Shown here: positions 39,692 to 51,425 of the stretch, piece by piece
Layout: each line of letters starts with the position of its first letter
How positions within the stretch are numbered: the first letter of the stretch is position 1
Source of the DNA: an uncultured Ruminococcus sp.
Lineage (GTDB): Bacteria; Bacillota; Clostridia; Oscillospirales; CAG-272
Assembly (NCBI GenBank): GCA_964430105.1
Contig: CAYSEF010000001.1
Span: 82,170-144,578, forward strand
DNA length: 62,409 nt
Direction: 5' to 3'
Program-made: the position numbers and the translations under genes
The notes under the pieces: generated by a model
What the model was told of the DNA's origin: nothing
The model's input: the letters and a program-made list of their open reading frames with translations, nothing else
Databases searched by the model: none

Positions 39692-41185
39692 CTAAATCAG
39701 AGTTGCAACTCTTTCTGCATTTATCTTTGCGGCTTCATCAAGAAGTATGGCTTTTTCAGAAAAGGGTACTTTTTCACCTTTTATGAGCTGATAATCTTCA
39801 TGCCCTTTACCGGCAAAAAGAATAATATCACCCTCATTTGCAATGCGTGCCGCAAACCTTACTGCTTCTTCACGATCTGTTATAGTAGTGTACAGCTTCG
39901 ATTTGTCAAAATGCGAAAGTATATCTGCAATTATTTCATCCGGATCCTCAAAATCCGGGTTGTCAGAGGTGATTATTGATAAATCTGCATATTTTGCAGA
40001 AACTTCCGCAAGCTCTTGACGTCTTTCGTAGGTTCTACCACCAACTGAACCGAATACACATATCAAACGCTTTGGTTCATATACACGCAAAACCTCAAGT
40101 GCATGAGACAGACTGAATCCGTTGTGAGCATAATCGATAATAAAAGTAACACCATCAATCGCATCCACAATTTCAAATCTGCCATTGATTGATATGGATT
40201 TCAGTGCATCTGATGCTTCTCGAATAGTGATACCGTATTTCATGCAAGCAGCAATTGCAGCGAGTCCATTATATACGCTGAATTCTCCGGGAGTACGAAG
40301 TCTTATGCCCGTTTTTATTCCATTGTTAACAATATCAAAATCTATTCCCAGCGAAGTCGAGGCACGATACGGACGAATTGCTTCTGCCTTAAAGTCAGCA
40401 TCATTTTCTATACCATATGACACAAGCTCAGTATTCGTCGCATTTATCATATAAGAAGAATGGCGATCATCGGCATTGTATATGATTGTCTTAGCTTCAT
40501 AATCGGTAAATAATTTTCTCTTTGCATCACGATAATCTTCAAAGGTTGGATGTTCTACTCCACCAATATGATCACGGGAAAGATTTGTGAATATTACTGT
40601 GTCGAAAGTTAAACCACAAACACGGTAATTATTCAGTGCTTGAGAAGATACTTCCATGGCTACATGAGTGATACCCGCCTCAACCATCATTGCAAAATAT
40701 CTGTGTAATTCACGACTTTCTGGAGTAGTGTTGACAGTGGGGTAATGCTTGTTGCCTATTTGAATACCATTTGAGCCAATATAAGCGCATTTCAAGCCAC
40801 ATGAATTCATGATTTCAGAGATAAGTATGGCAGTTGTTGTCTTTCCTTTTGTGCCTGTCAGACCAATCAGCTTGAGTTTGTCTGAGGGATTACCGAAAAA
40901 TCTTGCTGAAAACAAAGCTAACGATTCTCGTGATGATGATACAATTATCTGCACAGCATCTTGCGGAAGATCGAGCTTTTTCTCGACAACAAACGAACGA
41001 CAGCCTGCGGAGTAGACCTGGTGAGCATAATCATGCCCATCTACACGAGCACCGGGTAAGCAGAAAAACAGCGTTTCTTCGTTCATGGATTTTCTTGAAT
41101 CATATTCTAACGCTGTAATATTAACGCTATCTGCATTTCCTGAAACAGTGCATGAAAACGCAGATAAAAGTTCGGATAAAACCAT
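39692..41185 (-). CDS. murE: UDP-MurNAc-dipeptide amino-acid ligase MurE (DNPD motif, probably Lys-adding)
   Basis: GLTGTKGKTTT, TTPES, MEVSSQ, DYAHN, TSDNPDFEDP, AGKGHE. Confidence 0.92.
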   Translation of the reverse strand: MVLSELLSAFSCTVSGNADSVNITALEYDSRKSMNEETLFFCLPGARVDGHDYAHQVYSAGCRSFVVEKKLDLPQDAVQIIVSSSRESLALFSARFFGNPSDKLKLIGLTGTKGKTTTAILISEIMNSCGLKCAYIGSNGIQIGNKHYPTVNTTPESRELHRYFAMMVEAGITHVAMEVSSQALNNYRVCGLTFDTVIFTNLSRDHIGGVEHPTFEDYRDAKRKLFTDYEAKTIIYNADDRHSSYMINATNTELVSYGIENDADFKAEAIRPYRASTSLGIDFDIVNNGIKTGIRLRTPGEFSVYNGLAAIAACMKYGITIREASDALKSISINGRFEIVDAIDGVTFIIDYAHNGFSLSHALEVLRVYEPKRLICVFGSVGGRTYERRQELAEVSAKYADLSIITSDNPDFEDPDEIIADILSHFDKSKLYTTITDREEAVRFAARIANEGDIILFAGKGHEDYQLIKGEKVPFSEKAILLDEAAKINAERVATLI

Positions 41186-41188
41186 AAA

Positions 41189-41923
41189 TTACTCCTCAAA
41201 TGATGCAAAGCTGGGTGGAAATCCTATAGTTTGATGTCCCATCAGATGTATTGCACAGTTCGCCAAAGCTTCAAGCGAATCGACAAATCTTTCGTCAGTG
41301 ATTTTTTTCCCGATAAGCGAAAGCTCCGTGCAACCGAGAATAGCACAATCACAGCCACTCTTAAACATCGGCTCGGTTATTTCATAAAGAACTTCAGGTT
41401 CGGGAATAATTCCGCTTTTTACATCTTTATAAATGATTTCCATCAGCTTTTTACGACTGAATTCATTCGGAATCATCCATTCCAAACCGAAATTATTAAG
41501 TTCACGCTGATAAGTTTCTGTTGAAATTGTGCCGTCTGTTGCAAGTATGGCGGCTTTTTTGTAACCACATCTCTTGATATGGCGAACAGTTTCCGTGATT
41601 ATGCTCGGCATTGGTACATTGACAGCTTTGCGTACTTCTTCGATAAAGTAATGTGCGGTGTTGCAGGGAATTACTATAGCTGTCGCACCATATCTTTCCA
41701 AAGATATGGCATCTTCAACCATCGCATTCAAAGGACTTTCGGTGCTTTTTCCAAGTATAAAATCTGTTCTGTCTGGGGTAGTGGCTCTGCTTGAGAGGAT
41801 GATATCGATATGTTCCTGATCGCGTAAGGCTTTTGTATGTTCGGTAATAAGCTCGTAAAAATAAGCACTGGACATTGGACCAAGTCCGCCGATTATTCCA
41901 AGAAGCTTTCTTTTTTCTTCCAT
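41189..41923 (-). CDS. racD: Aspartate racemase
   Basis: GIIGGLGP, PDRT, PCNTAH, LGCTELS two-Cys racemase motifs. Confidence 0.88.
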   Translation of the reverse strand: MEEKRKLLGIIGGLGPMSSAYFYELITEHTKALRDQEHIDIILSSRATTPDRTDFILGKSTESPLNAMVEDAISLERYGATAIVIPCNTAHYFIEEVRKAVNVPMPSIITETVRHIKRCGYKKAAILATDGTISTETYQRELNNFGLEWMIPNEFSRKKLMEIIYKDVKSGIIPEPEVLYEITEPMFKSGCDCAILGCTELSLIGKKITDERFVDSLEALANCAIHLMGHQTIGFPPSFASFEE

Positions 41924-41951
41924 TGTTTTGTATCTCCTCTCGAAGGAATTT

Positions 41952-43184
41952 TTACGATTTTTTGGGATAATATACTTTGAATTTTTTCTTTTGACGTCTG
42001 AGCTGTTCAACAACACATACAAATCTTAGCGGATTCATCCACAAATCGGGCTTATACCATACAGAGGATGATTCAAGTCCTGATTTATTGAGCTGTTTTG
42101 CAGTTTCAACAAGCGTTTTGTCCTCTGTGTATGTGTATGCAGTGGTTTTTGGAATATGATGCCAAAATACTGATTTTTCCACACGAATACAGTCATCTCC
42201 GTTTGACTCTAATACTTCATTTGCGAGCTTTGCAACATTCAGTCCGGAGGCTGTTAAGTAGAAATTGCTTCGTCCCTGTCTGAGGTTTATCTCAAATACA
42301 CGGAAATCGTCAGTTGTACCTTCACGCAATTTGATATCGAAGTTTGCAAAACCGGTATAATGCATAGCTTCGAGCATATCCTTGATTTTTTCTGCAATCG
42401 GCAAATTCGAAACAGGCTCAGTAACTATAGCCGCATGATTTCCAAGACCCTTTGGCGTGTGTTCTTCGAGCATAGTATGACCGAGACACATCGCACGTAC
42501 TTTTCCATGTTCATCAGAAAATGTGGTAAATACACGCATTTGCGAATCTCCACCATCGATCATTTCCTGTAATATGATCTTATCAGGGTATCCTGAGGCG
42601 TATATTTCGTTGATTATTTTTTCAGCATCTTCGGGTGAATGTGCTGTGTAAACTTTTTTCATGCCGTGGAATTCGTGCTTCCAATAATCCGCACTTGATG
42701 ATGGTTTAACAATTATTGGATATTTGAAACCAAGTGCAGCCTCAGTCAATTTACTTTTTTCAGTAGCATTACTTAAAACTACAGTAGCAGGGTATGGAAT
42801 ACCAAATTTCTCACAGGTTTCGTAAAATTCTGCTTTTTTTGCAACAGTTGTAAGCATTTCAGCCTGCGGATATGGAATAACGTAATCAGATAGTTCTTCA
42901 CGATTACGTATTATCATAGCAACATAATCGTCAGTACAGCCAAACAGTACAAGTCTGTCACCTATATGAGCGTCTGCGAATCTGTGCAGAGTATCGAGCA
43001 TGACTTCATCCTTGTCAATGTTTGGAATACAGCGGAAGTTTATTATTTTAGAGTATTTTGTAGCTGACACAGCGTAACGACCGAAAGCATAGGATTTGAC
43101 ACCATACTGTTCATGGAACGCACGTGCGACATTATAGCAATTTAAGTCAGCACCCAAAAGAACCGGTGTGATTTGTTTGTCCAT
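41952..43184 (-). CDS. ATP-grasp D-aspartate ligase (Aslfm/YxbA-like)
   Basis: PVLLG.D.N.Y..AR.FHE.YG, KP, QE.I.G.D, LEEH.P...GN, FEINLRQGRSNFY. Confidence 0.85.
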   Translation of the reverse strand: MDKQITPVLLGADLNCYNVARAFHEQYGVKSYAFGRYAVSATKYSKIINFRCIPNIDKDEVMLDTLHRFADAHIGDRLVLFGCTDDYVAMIIRNREELSDYVIPYPQAEMLTTVAKKAEFYETCEKFGIPYPATVVLSNATEKSKLTEAALGFKYPIIVKPSSSADYWKHEFHGMKKVYTAHSPEDAEKIINEIYASGYPDKIILQEMIDGGDSQMRVFTTFSDEHGKVRAMCLGHTMLEEHTPKGLGNHAAIVTEPVSNLPIAEKIKDMLEAMHYTGFANFDIKLREGTTDDFRVFEINLRQGRSNFYLTASGLNVAKLANEVLESNGDDCIRVEKSVFWHHIPKTTAYTYTEDKTLVETAKQLNKSGLESSSVWYKPDLWMNPLRFVCVVEQLRRQKKKFKVYYPKKS

Positions 43185-43213
43185 GATGAAATTACCTCGT
43201 TTTTGTAAATGAC

Positions 43214-45055
43214 TTAACCTATAAACTGTCCGTGCCATGTAAGGAACGTGTATGCAGTCCAGATTTTTCTTTGATTGTTTGAAATGTTGTTTTTGTGATC
43301 ATCAAGCAATTTCATGAGTGCATTCTGATCAAAATATTCTGCAGCAACATCGGACGAGAAGGCTTGTTTTACGATATTGTAGTACTTGTCCTCTCTGAAC
43401 CATTGACGAATCGGAACAGGGAAGCCTTTCTTGGGTCTATGTGCCCATTCGTCGGGTAAAGTCTTGTTAGCGGCAGTTCTGAGTACAGCTTTTGTATCTT
43501 TTCCGTCAATCTTATAGTTTGCAGGTAACATTTGAGCTTCAGCCATAACCTCTTTATCGAGATATGGTACACGAAGCTCAATAGAATGTGCCATCGACAT
43601 CTTGTCAGCTTTAAGCAGAATGTCTCCGGGGAGCCAAAGATTGAGATCGAGATATTGTTTTTTCTCCAGCTCCGAAAGATCCTTCACTTTGTCATAGATC
43701 GGTTTTGTGATATCATGTACAGAGGGGCCTTTTTTGTATTTATCACGCAAAATTGAGACTGCTTCATTTTCGGGGAAGACAAGAGCCTGACCTATGAAGT
43801 AATCCTCCGGACGACCGCTGTTCTTAATTATGAAATCATGACCCTTGAAGTAAGGCAAATGCTTTGCAACGCCTGCCGCACCAAGTCTGAGGAATGATGG
43901 AATCTTTCTGTATTTTGATGCAAGACCGTGAACATCGTATTCCTCATATCCTGCCCAAATTTCGTCGGCACCTTCGCCTGACAGAACTACAGTAACGTGT
44001 TCTGAAGCAAGCTTAGAAAGAAAATAAAGAGGTACGGATGATGGATTGGACTGAGGTTCGTCCATGTGATACTGTATCTTAGCAAAAGCATCAAAGCATT
44101 CGTCAGCGGTGAGATGTTTGAGATAATTTTGTACACCAAGACGTTCTGAAAGTTCCTTAGCCTCGCTTGTTTCGTCGAATTTTTCATAATTAAATCCAAC
44201 TGAAAAAGTTTCGTTTGGCATTAAAGTGGCAGTAATATAAGATGAATCGACACCACCTGACAGGAACGAACCCACCTTGACATCACTAATTCTGTGAGCT
44301 GCAACAGATTCATGCACACGAGCATCTATCTGTTCTGCTGCCTCTGCATATGACAGGGAAGTTTTTCTTGAGAAATCTACATCCCAGTAGCGTGTGATCG
44401 ACATTTTCTTGTTTTTCAGTACAAAATAATGTGCAGGAGGAAGCTTGAAAGTGTTTTTAAAGAAGGTTTCCTCTTGTGAAGAATATTGGAAAGTCAAATA
44501 CGCTCTAAGTGCATTTTCGTTCATCTGTGGCTTAAATGACGGATGCTCAAGAAATGACTTGATTTCTGATCCAAAAATCATATTGTTATCAGCCAGTTTT
44601 GCATAGTAAAATGGCTTGATACCAAACGGATCACGTGCACCGTATAGAGTAGATGTTTTTTTGTCCCAAATAACGAATGCGAACATTCCACGGAGCTTTT
44701 CTGCGAGCTTTTCGCCCCATTCTTCGTAGCCATGTACAAGTACTTCAGTATCACAGCGTGTCTTAAAAATATGCCCTTTAGCTATAAGATCATCACGCAG
44801 CTCTGCGAAGTTGTAGACTTCACCGTTGTATACAATAACAACAGAACCATCCTCGTTGTACATAGGCTGCGAACCATCAGATAAATCGATAATTGAGAGT
44901 CTGCGGAAACCAAGCGTAATGCTGTCTCCATCATGTTCACCACTTATATGATAACCATCGGAATCAGGTCCACGGTGGATGATTCTGTCAGCCATACGAC
45001 GGATAACATCCTCACGATGATCAATAATTCCTGTAAATCCAATAAAACCGCACAT
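43214..45055 (-). CDS. asnB: Asparagine synthase (glutamine-hydrolysing), AsnH-like amidotransferase
   Basis: MCG, HRGPD, RRLSIID, SFLSGGVDSS, SGEGADE, K.DKMSMAHS.E.RVP.LD. Confidence 0.93.
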   Translation of the reverse strand: MCGFIGFTGIIDHREDVIRRMADRIIHRGPDSDGYHISGEHDGDSITLGFRRLSIIDLSDGSQPMYNEDGSVVIVYNGEVYNFAELRDDLIAKGHIFKTRCDTEVLVHGYEEWGEKLAEKLRGMFAFVIWDKKTSTLYGARDPFGIKPFYYAKLADNNMIFGSEIKSFLEHPSFKPQMNENALRAYLTFQYSSQEETFFKNTFKLPPAHYFVLKNKKMSITRYWDVDFSRKTSLSYAEAAEQIDARVHESVAAHRISDVKVGSFLSGGVDSSYITATLMPNETFSVGFNYEKFDETSEAKELSERLGVQNYLKHLTADECFDAFAKIQYHMDEPQSNPSSVPLYFLSKLASEHVTVVLSGEGADEIWAGYEEYDVHGLASKYRKIPSFLRLGAAGVAKHLPYFKGHDFIIKNSGRPEDYFIGQALVFPENEAVSILRDKYKKGPSVHDITKPIYDKVKDLSELEKKQYLDLNLWLPGDILLKADKMSMAHSIELRVPYLDKEVMAEAQMLPANYKIDGKDTKAVLRTAANKTLPDEWAHRPKKGFPVPIRQWFREDKYYNIVKQAFSSDVAAEYFDQNALMKLLDDHKNNISNNQRKIWTAYTFLTWHGQFIG

Positions 45056-45338
45056 ATAATAAACCTTTCGGATATTGTCAAAAATACATTACATCGTAAT
45101 ATTATAACACAAATATCTGCGTAAATAAATATACAATGTAAGAATTTTTTTGATTTTGGACAGATTTATTCTGTTTATCATGCTAATTCTATCATGTTTT
45201 AAGTTCTGTATCCATGAGATAATCTAACAAGCTTAAATATTGCGGATTTTCGGTTTTATGTGATGATAAAAATACAGCGTTTCATGTTGAATAAGACATA
45301 TCACGAAACGCTGTATTTAACTTGATTTATTCTTTTTG

Positions 45339-45938
45339 TTATTTAGTCCATTTTGTCAGCAGTGGAACGAGCATACCGCCTACTGAATTTCCAAGCACGA
45401 CAATTACAATAAACAAGAATGACGGAACGGTAAATGAACGAGCAAGGAAAAAATAGAACATATCTGCAATAGAATGCTCAAATCCGGAGAGAATGAATAC
45501 GGGCACACAGAAAAATATCGCAGAGAGGGTGTTCTTCTGCTTGTAGCACCAAACAGCAGTGTACATCAACACACCGCAAAGCACACTTGCCATGAAAATC
45601 TGTGCATAAGAGTTAATGGCGAGCTTGTTTGCAACTAAAGTAGCCGAAGTGTCTATAAGTGCGGGGCGAGCAATACCAACAATAAATGAGCCTGCCAGTG
45701 TACCAAGCGCATTTCCGATAAGACAGCCACCGAGCGAAATGAAATCGCTTTTTGTGTGACTCCATATGATCATTCCTACCTTGCCTGTGAAAAGCTGTAA
45801 GCCTATCAGACATATCGATAAAAGTGCAACCGAAAAGAGAATCGCTCCAACTACCTTGTTTTCGCACGAAAGATAGACAGCACCGCCAATTGATATAAAC
45901 AATCCTGCGGCGGTTCCTTCAAGAATACTTTTTTTCAT
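45339..45938 (-). CDS. Formate/nitrite transporter family protein
   Basis: AG..I.IGG, LFTG, GN..G, LC..L, FI.SGFEHSIADM, GN.VGG. Confidence 0.85.
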   Translation of the reverse strand: MKKSILEGTAAGLFISIGGAVYLSCENKVVGAILFSVALLSICLIGLQLFTGKVGMIIWSHTKSDFISLGGCLIGNALGTLAGSFIVGIARPALIDTSATLVANKLAINSYAQIFMASVLCGVLMYTAVWCYKQKNTLSAIFFCVPVFILSGFEHSIADMFYFFLARSFTVPSFLFIVIVVLGNSVGGMLVPLLTKWTK

Positions 45939-46136
45939 AATAAACCTCAGAAATGCTACATTTTGTTGCAAGAAATATAACATATATTTGTGAACGTAGT
46001 ATGAATTTAGAGAAATTTGTGTAATCCCCATATTATTTATCAAAGGAATTTAAAAATGTTGTCAACAATATTCTTGAAAAAACAGTAAAAATGTGATATA
46101 ATAATAACGATTATTTTAATGAAGTGAGCGTAATAC

Positions 46137-48548
46137 ATGACAGATCAATATATCAGACAGTCTTACCTTGAAGCAAAGCGTAAACTGTTCGACAAGTATT
46201 ATGAAAACCTGAATGATAAACAGCGCGAAGCAGTCTATCACGTTGATGGACCGTTGCTTATATTGGCAGGTGCCGGAAGCGGAAAAACGACTGTTCTCGT
46301 AAACAGAATCGCACATATCATACGATATGGAAATGCATACCATTCTGACCTGGTTCCGACCGATGTGTCTGAGCAGGATATAGCCGAAATTGAATCAGCA
46401 TCTGCTCTTCCGCATGATGAGCTTGGCGAATACCTTACAAGATTTGCCGTAAATCCTCCACAGCCTTGGCAGGTTATGGCGATTACATTCACAAATAAAG
46501 CAGCGCGTGAGATCAAAGCGAGAATTGGCTCTATTTTTGGTGAAGACAGTGAGGAATTGAAAGATATTCGCTCAGGCACTTTCCATTCGATATGTGTTCA
46601 AATACTGCGTAGATATGGCGAAGCTATAGGCTATAACCGTAATTTCACAATATGTGATACAGATGACAGCAAAAAACAGCTTAATCTCTGTATGAAACAG
46701 TTGCATATTGATGATAAAATGCTTCCCGTTAAATCCGTTCAGAATGCTATCAGCCGTGCTAAGGATAAGCTGATGGAGCCTGACGAATATGAAAGACAAG
46801 CAGGAAATGACGTAAAATTCAAGCAGATTGCCCAGATATATCACCTCTATGCAGAGAAGCTTAAGGCGCAGAATCTTCTTGATTTTGACGATATTATCAT
46901 GCAAACAGTAAAGCTTCTTACCACTTGCGAGGATGTGCGTTCTCTATTGCAAAACCGTTATCGCTATGTGTGTGTTGACGAGTATCAGGATACAAACTAT
47001 GCACAGCTTGAATTGACTCTTCTTTTGTCGGCAAAACATAAGAATATTATGGTAGTAGGTGACGATGACCAGAGTATTTATAAATTCCGCGGTGCAGTAA
47101 TTGAGAATATTCTGACTTTTGATAAAAATTATGATGAAACATCGGTAATTAAACTCGAAGAAAACTACCGTTCAACTAAAACCATACTTAACGCTGCTAA
47201 TAATGTCATTTCTCATAATGACGGAAGAATGGGAAAGACTCTGTGGACGAATGGTGCAGAAGGCGATAAAATAGTTATAAAGTGCCTCGGAAATCAGAAC
47301 GACGAAGGAAGATTCATTGCCGATGCGGTTTCGCGTGGTGTAAAGGCGGGTGCTTCCTTTAAGGATTATGCGGTTTTGTATCGTATGAATTCGCAGTCAC
47401 GTTCAGTTGAACAGGCATTTGCAAAGAGCGGAATCCCATATCGTATGCTTGGTGGAATGCGATTCTTTGATCGTATGGAAGTTAAGGATATAATTGCATA
47501 TCTTGCACTTATAAATAATCCCAACGATGATTTGAGACTTCGCAGAATCATTAATACTCCACGTCGAGGAATTGGTGAGAAATCAATTCAGATTGCAGAA
47601 GCTCTTGCGTATGAAGAAGGCTGTCCGCTTCTCGAATTTTTGCGTAGAGCTAAGAGATATAACGCTATTTCGTCTGCTACCGCAAATCAGATGGTTAATT
47701 TTGTCTATATGATGGATCATTTTCGTGAAGCTGCAGGTACATTGAACGTATCTGCATTGATCGAGATGGTGGTTGAAGAATCCGGTTATTCTAAAATGCT
47801 CAATGATATGACAGATCTATCAGAGAAAGAGGATCGCCTTAATAACATAGGTGAACTTATTTCAGCGGCAAAAGCTTATGAAGAACAGGCTGAAGAACCA
47901 TCTCTTGTAGAGTTCCTTGAGGATGTTGCACTTGTTTCGGATGTTGATAAATACGATGAAACAGCAGATGCAGTGGTTCTTATGACGATACATTCTGCAA
48001 AGGGTCTTGAATTCCCAACTGTTTTCTTGCCCGGCATGGAAGAGAATATCTTCCCAAGCTTCCAGACAATAATGAATCCTGAAGAGATCGAGGAAGAACG
48101 TCGCCTTGCATATGTAGCTATCACAAGAGCGAAAAAACAGCTTGTAATTACACACGCACATGACAGAATGCTCAACGGAAGAACAAGCTCCAATAAGCTT
48201 TCAAGATTTGCTGAGGAAATTCCGGCAGAACTTACCGAACGTGAAGATGAAACTCCGGACGAAAATGAACTTCGACAGCTTCGTCAGCGACCTCAGAAGC
48301 AGAAGCCTATCAACTACTTTGTAAATGAAACTTCAAAACGCTCTCCCGCACTTACTAATTTGAAGCCACAGAAGTCTCAAACAACGGCATTCGTAGTTGG
48401 TGACCAGGTGCAACACGTTACTTTTGGCACGGGTGTTATACTTTCTTCCAAACCTATGGGTGGCGATACACTTTATGAGATAGCGTTCGAAAAGGTTGGT
48501 ACAAAGAAGCTTATGGCAACTTATGCAAGACTAAAAAAAGTAGAATAA
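46137..48548 (+). CDS. pcrA: ATP-dependent DNA helicase PcrA/UvrD
   Basis: [57 protein letters not shown]. Confidence 0.95.
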   Translation: MTDQYIRQSYLEAKRKLFDKYYENLNDKQREAVYHVDGPLLILAGAGSGKTTVLVNRIAHIIRYGNAYHSDLVPTDVSEQDIAEIESASALPHDELGEYLTRFAVNPPQPWQVMAITFTNKAAREIKARIGSIFGEDSEELKDIRSGTFHSICVQILRRYGEAIGYNRNFTICDTDDSKKQLNLCMKQLHIDDKMLPVKSVQNAISRAKDKLMEPDEYERQAGNDVKFKQIAQIYHLYAEKLKAQNLLDFDDIIMQTVKLLTTCEDVRSLLQNRYRYVCVDEYQDTNYAQLELTLLLSAKHKNIMVVGDDDQSIYKFRGAVIENILTFDKNYDETSVIKLEENYRSTKTILNAANNVISHNDGRMGKTLWTNGAEGDKIVIKCLGNQNDEGRFIADAVSRGVKAGASFKDYAVLYRMNSQSRSVEQAFAKSGIPYRMLGGMRFFDRMEVKDIIAYLALINNPNDDLRLRRIINTPRRGIGEKSIQIAEALAYEEGCPLLEFLRRAKRYNAISSATANQMVNFVYMMDHFREAAGTLNVSALIEMVVEESGYSKMLNDMTDLSEKEDRLNNIGELISAAKAYEEQAEEPSLVEFLEDVALVSDVDKYDETADAVVLMTIHSAKGLEFPTVFLPGMEENIFPSFQTIMNPEEIEEERRLAYVAITRAKKQLVITHAHDRMLNGRTSSNKLSRFAEEIPAELTEREDETPDENELRQLRQRPQKQKPINYFVNETSKRSPALTNLKPQKSQTTAFVVGDQVQHVTFGTGVILSSKPMGGDTLYEIAFEKVGTKKLMATYARLKKVE

Positions 48549-48624
48549 TCATCTATCGCATAAGTTTACTAAATATGAACTAAGATTTATACTCTCTATA
48601 TTTCTATACAAGGAAGGAACCTGT

Positions 48625-50064
48625 ATGAAAAACGATAAGAAAATGGTACAAGATATCACTTCAATGGAAGTAGACTTCGCAAAGTGGTATACAGATATCT
48701 GCAAAAAAGCAGACCTCATCGATTATTCCAGCGTTAAGGGATGTATGATAATCCGTCCTTATGGCTACGCTATTTGGGAAAATATCCAGAAGATACTTGA
48801 TACAAGATTCAAGGAACTTGGTCATGAAAATGTATATATGCCTATGTTTATCCCCGAATCTCTTCTTCAGAAGGAAAAAGACCATGTAGAAGGCTTTGCT
48901 CCTGAAGTTGCATGGGTAACTCATGGCGGAAGTGAACCTCTTACAGAAAGACTTTGCGTTCGTCCCACCTCCGAAACTTTATTCTGCGAGCATTATGCAA
49001 ATATCATTCGTTCATATCGTGATCTGCCAAAGCTTTATAACCAGTGGTGCTCTGTTGTACGTTGGGAAAAGACAACTCGTCCGTTCCTCAGAAGCCGCGA
49101 ATTCCTGTGGCAGGAAGGTCATACTATGCACGCAACAGCAGAAGAAGCACGCAAGGAAACTATTCAGATGCTCAATGTTTATGCGGATTTCCATATAAAT
49201 GATCTTGCTATTCCGGTAGTTAAGGGCGTAAAAACTCCTTCCGATAAGTTTGCCGGTGCGGAAGATACATATTGTATTGAAGCGCTGATGCATGACGGTA
49301 AGGCACTCCAGGCAGGTACCTCTCACTATTTCGGTGATGGCTTTGCAAGAGCATTCGATATTCAGTATACTGATAAAGATAATAAGCTTCAGTATCCGCA
49401 TCAGACTTCTTGGGGCGTAACCACTCGTATGATCGGTGGTATCATTATGACACACGGTGATGATAACGGACTTGTTCTCCCGCCGGCAGTTGCTCCGATT
49501 CAAGTAGTTATCGTTCCTGTTGCTATGCATAAGGAAGGCGTAATCGAAGCAAATACAGCACTTTATGACCGTCTTAAGGATAAGTTCAGAGTTAAGCTTG
49601 ACGATAGCGATAATAGCCCCGGATGGAAGTATGCAGAATATGAGATGAAGGGTGTTCCGCTCAGAATTGAAATGGGTCCTCGCGATATCGAAGCAGGTAA
49701 CTGCGTAATTGTTACTCGTCATAATCTCGAAAAGACTGTTGTGTCTATCGAAAATATCGAAGAAGTAGTTGCACAGAAGCTTGAAGAAGTTAGAGTCGGT
49801 ATGTACGAAAAGGCTCTTGCTAACCGTGAAAAGAAGACCTATTCTTGCACCTCTATAGAGGAGATAAAGGAAGCTCTTGCAAATAACGGTGACGGATTTG
49901 TTAAAGCAATGTGGTGTGGCGAAGAAGAATGCGAAGATAAGGTAAAGGAACTCACAGGAGTAGGTTCTCGTTGCATTCCGTTTGATGAAGAACACCTCTC
50001 TGATACTTGCGTTTGCTGTGGAAAGCCTGCTAAGCATATGCTGTATTGGGGCATCGCATACTAA
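48625..50064 (+). CDS. proS: Proline--tRNA ligase (archaeal/eukaryotic type, no INS editing domain)
   Basis: [38 protein letters not shown]-terminal Cys zinc domain. Confidence 0.95.
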   Translation: MKNDKKMVQDITSMEVDFAKWYTDICKKADLIDYSSVKGCMIIRPYGYAIWENIQKILDTRFKELGHENVYMPMFIPESLLQKEKDHVEGFAPEVAWVTHGGSEPLTERLCVRPTSETLFCEHYANIIRSYRDLPKLYNQWCSVVRWEKTTRPFLRSREFLWQEGHTMHATAEEARKETIQMLNVYADFHINDLAIPVVKGVKTPSDKFAGAEDTYCIEALMHDGKALQAGTSHYFGDGFARAFDIQYTDKDNKLQYPHQTSWGVTTRMIGGIIMTHGDDNGLVLPPAVAPIQVVIVPVAMHKEGVIEANTALYDRLKDKFRVKLDDSDNSPGWKYAEYEMKGVPLRIEMGPRDIEAGNCVIVTRHNLEKTVVSIENIEEVVAQKLEEVRVGMYEKALANREKKTYSCTSIEEIKEALANNGDGFVKAMWCGEEECEDKVKELTGVGSRCIPFDEEHLSDTCVCCGKPAKHMLYWGIAY

Positions 50065-50076
50065 TATTGTACAAAT

Positions 50077-51198
50077 TTGAAAGAATTTTCAATAACCAAT
50101 AAAGAAAAACTGAAGATGATAGACCCCGTCGTGCTGTTTTGTGTGTTCGGAATGAACCTGATGAGTATAATCACACTCACTGCTGCTTCCGATGCCTATG
50201 GCACCACTTATGTGCGTAACCAAATAATTGGTTCTGTCGGGGGAATCATTCTTCTTGCAGTTATAACATTTCTCGATTACGAAGCAGTAGTACAAAAGCT
50301 GAAATACGTTTTTTTCGCAGTATCGATTTTGCTTATTGTATGGGTAAAGTATTTTGGGTATGGTGAAAACGGTAATGCAAACTGGATACAGCTTGTTCCC
50401 GGATTCTCAATTCAGCCAACTGAGTTTGTTAAGATCACTTTTATCATAACATTTGCAGTGCATCTTGATAAGCTTAAAGATAAGATCAATCATCCGCTGT
50501 CCATACTTCAGCTTGCGCTTCATGCAGGAGTGATAATAGGTCTTGTTCTTTGGCAGGGAGACCTTGGTATGGCTCTTGTTTATTTGGGTATCATGGTCTT
50601 TATGGTTTTTGTATCAGGTGTGTCGCTGTGGTATTTTGCAGGAGTTATTGGTGTAGCGATTATAGCCTCACCGTTTCTTTGGAATATGCTCACAACGCGA
50701 CAGCAGAATCGTATTCTGTTCGGATTCAATCCCGACCTCGATCCACAGGATATAGGCTATGATGCGATAAGAAGTCGTAACAGTATTATTGCAGGTGGAT
50801 TCCGTGGAGCAGGATTTTCCGGTGGAAGCAGATATAAAACATTCTTTGCTGGTCAATCGGACTTCATATATGCGGTTCTTGCTGAAAAATTTGGATTTAT
50901 TGGCACTTTTTTGTATCTTGTACTTATGATAGTGCTTATATTGAGAATTTTATGGATCGCACGAAATACACGAAAAACTTATGCTTCATATATGTGTGTG
51001 GGTATTGCAGGAATGCTTATCGTACAGTCTGCTGAGAATATAGGTATGTGTTTGGCTATGTTGCCTGTTGTAGGTATTACTTTGCCATTCATGTCCTATG
51101 GCCCATCATCTCTTATGTCAATGTACATATGTATAGGTATTGTGCAAAGTATCTGTACACACAACAAAAAATACTACTTTGAACGAGAAAAAGCTTAG
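50077..51198 (+). CDS. rodA: FtsW/RodA/SpoVE SEDS-family protein
   Basis: IQP.EF.K, Q.DLG, DFIYAV.AE.FGF.G, PV.GITLPF.SYG.SS. Confidence 0.8.
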   Translation: MKEFSITNKEKLKMIDPVVLFCVFGMNLMSIITLTAASDAYGTTYVRNQIIGSVGGIILLAVITFLDYEAVVQKLKYVFFAVSILLIVWVKYFGYGENGNANWIQLVPGFSIQPTEFVKITFIITFAVHLDKLKDKINHPLSILQLALHAGVIIGLVLWQGDLGMALVYLGIMVFMVFVSGVSLWYFAGVIGVAIIASPFLWNMLTTRQQNRILFGFNPDLDPQDIGYDAIRSRNSIIAGGFRGAGFSGGSRYKTFFAGQSDFIYAVLAEKFGFIGTFLYLVLMIVLILRILWIARNTRKTYASYMCVGIAGMLIVQSAENIGMCLAMLPVVGITLPFMSYGPSSLMSMYICIGIVQSICTHNKKYYFEREKA

Positions 51199-51425
51199 TT
51201 TTTTTATCAAAATGCAGAGTCACCGGTAGATATCCTATTTCGCTGGTGAAGCTAAAGTTGATTTTCTGATAAGTAATAAAAGCGGCAATGTGAAAGATAA
51301 CACGTTGTCGCTTTTGTTGTTTGTGAAAGTATTTTTTGAGTATAAAATAAAAAATGCAACTCAGACTATAAAATCCAAGTTACATTTTTTTGTGATATAT
51401 TAGGAATTTTTAATGCTGTATGAGC

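Noticed and set aside
40601-40611. GTCGAAAGTTA, a match to the right arm of the att-like site
   Set aside because: Inside intact murE, with no dyad and no adjacent sigG 3' half.
49012-50037. Long antisense ORFs (341 aa here; also 13719..14519 and others)
   Set aside because: Antisense shadows of codon-biased housekeeping genes, with no recognisable motifs.
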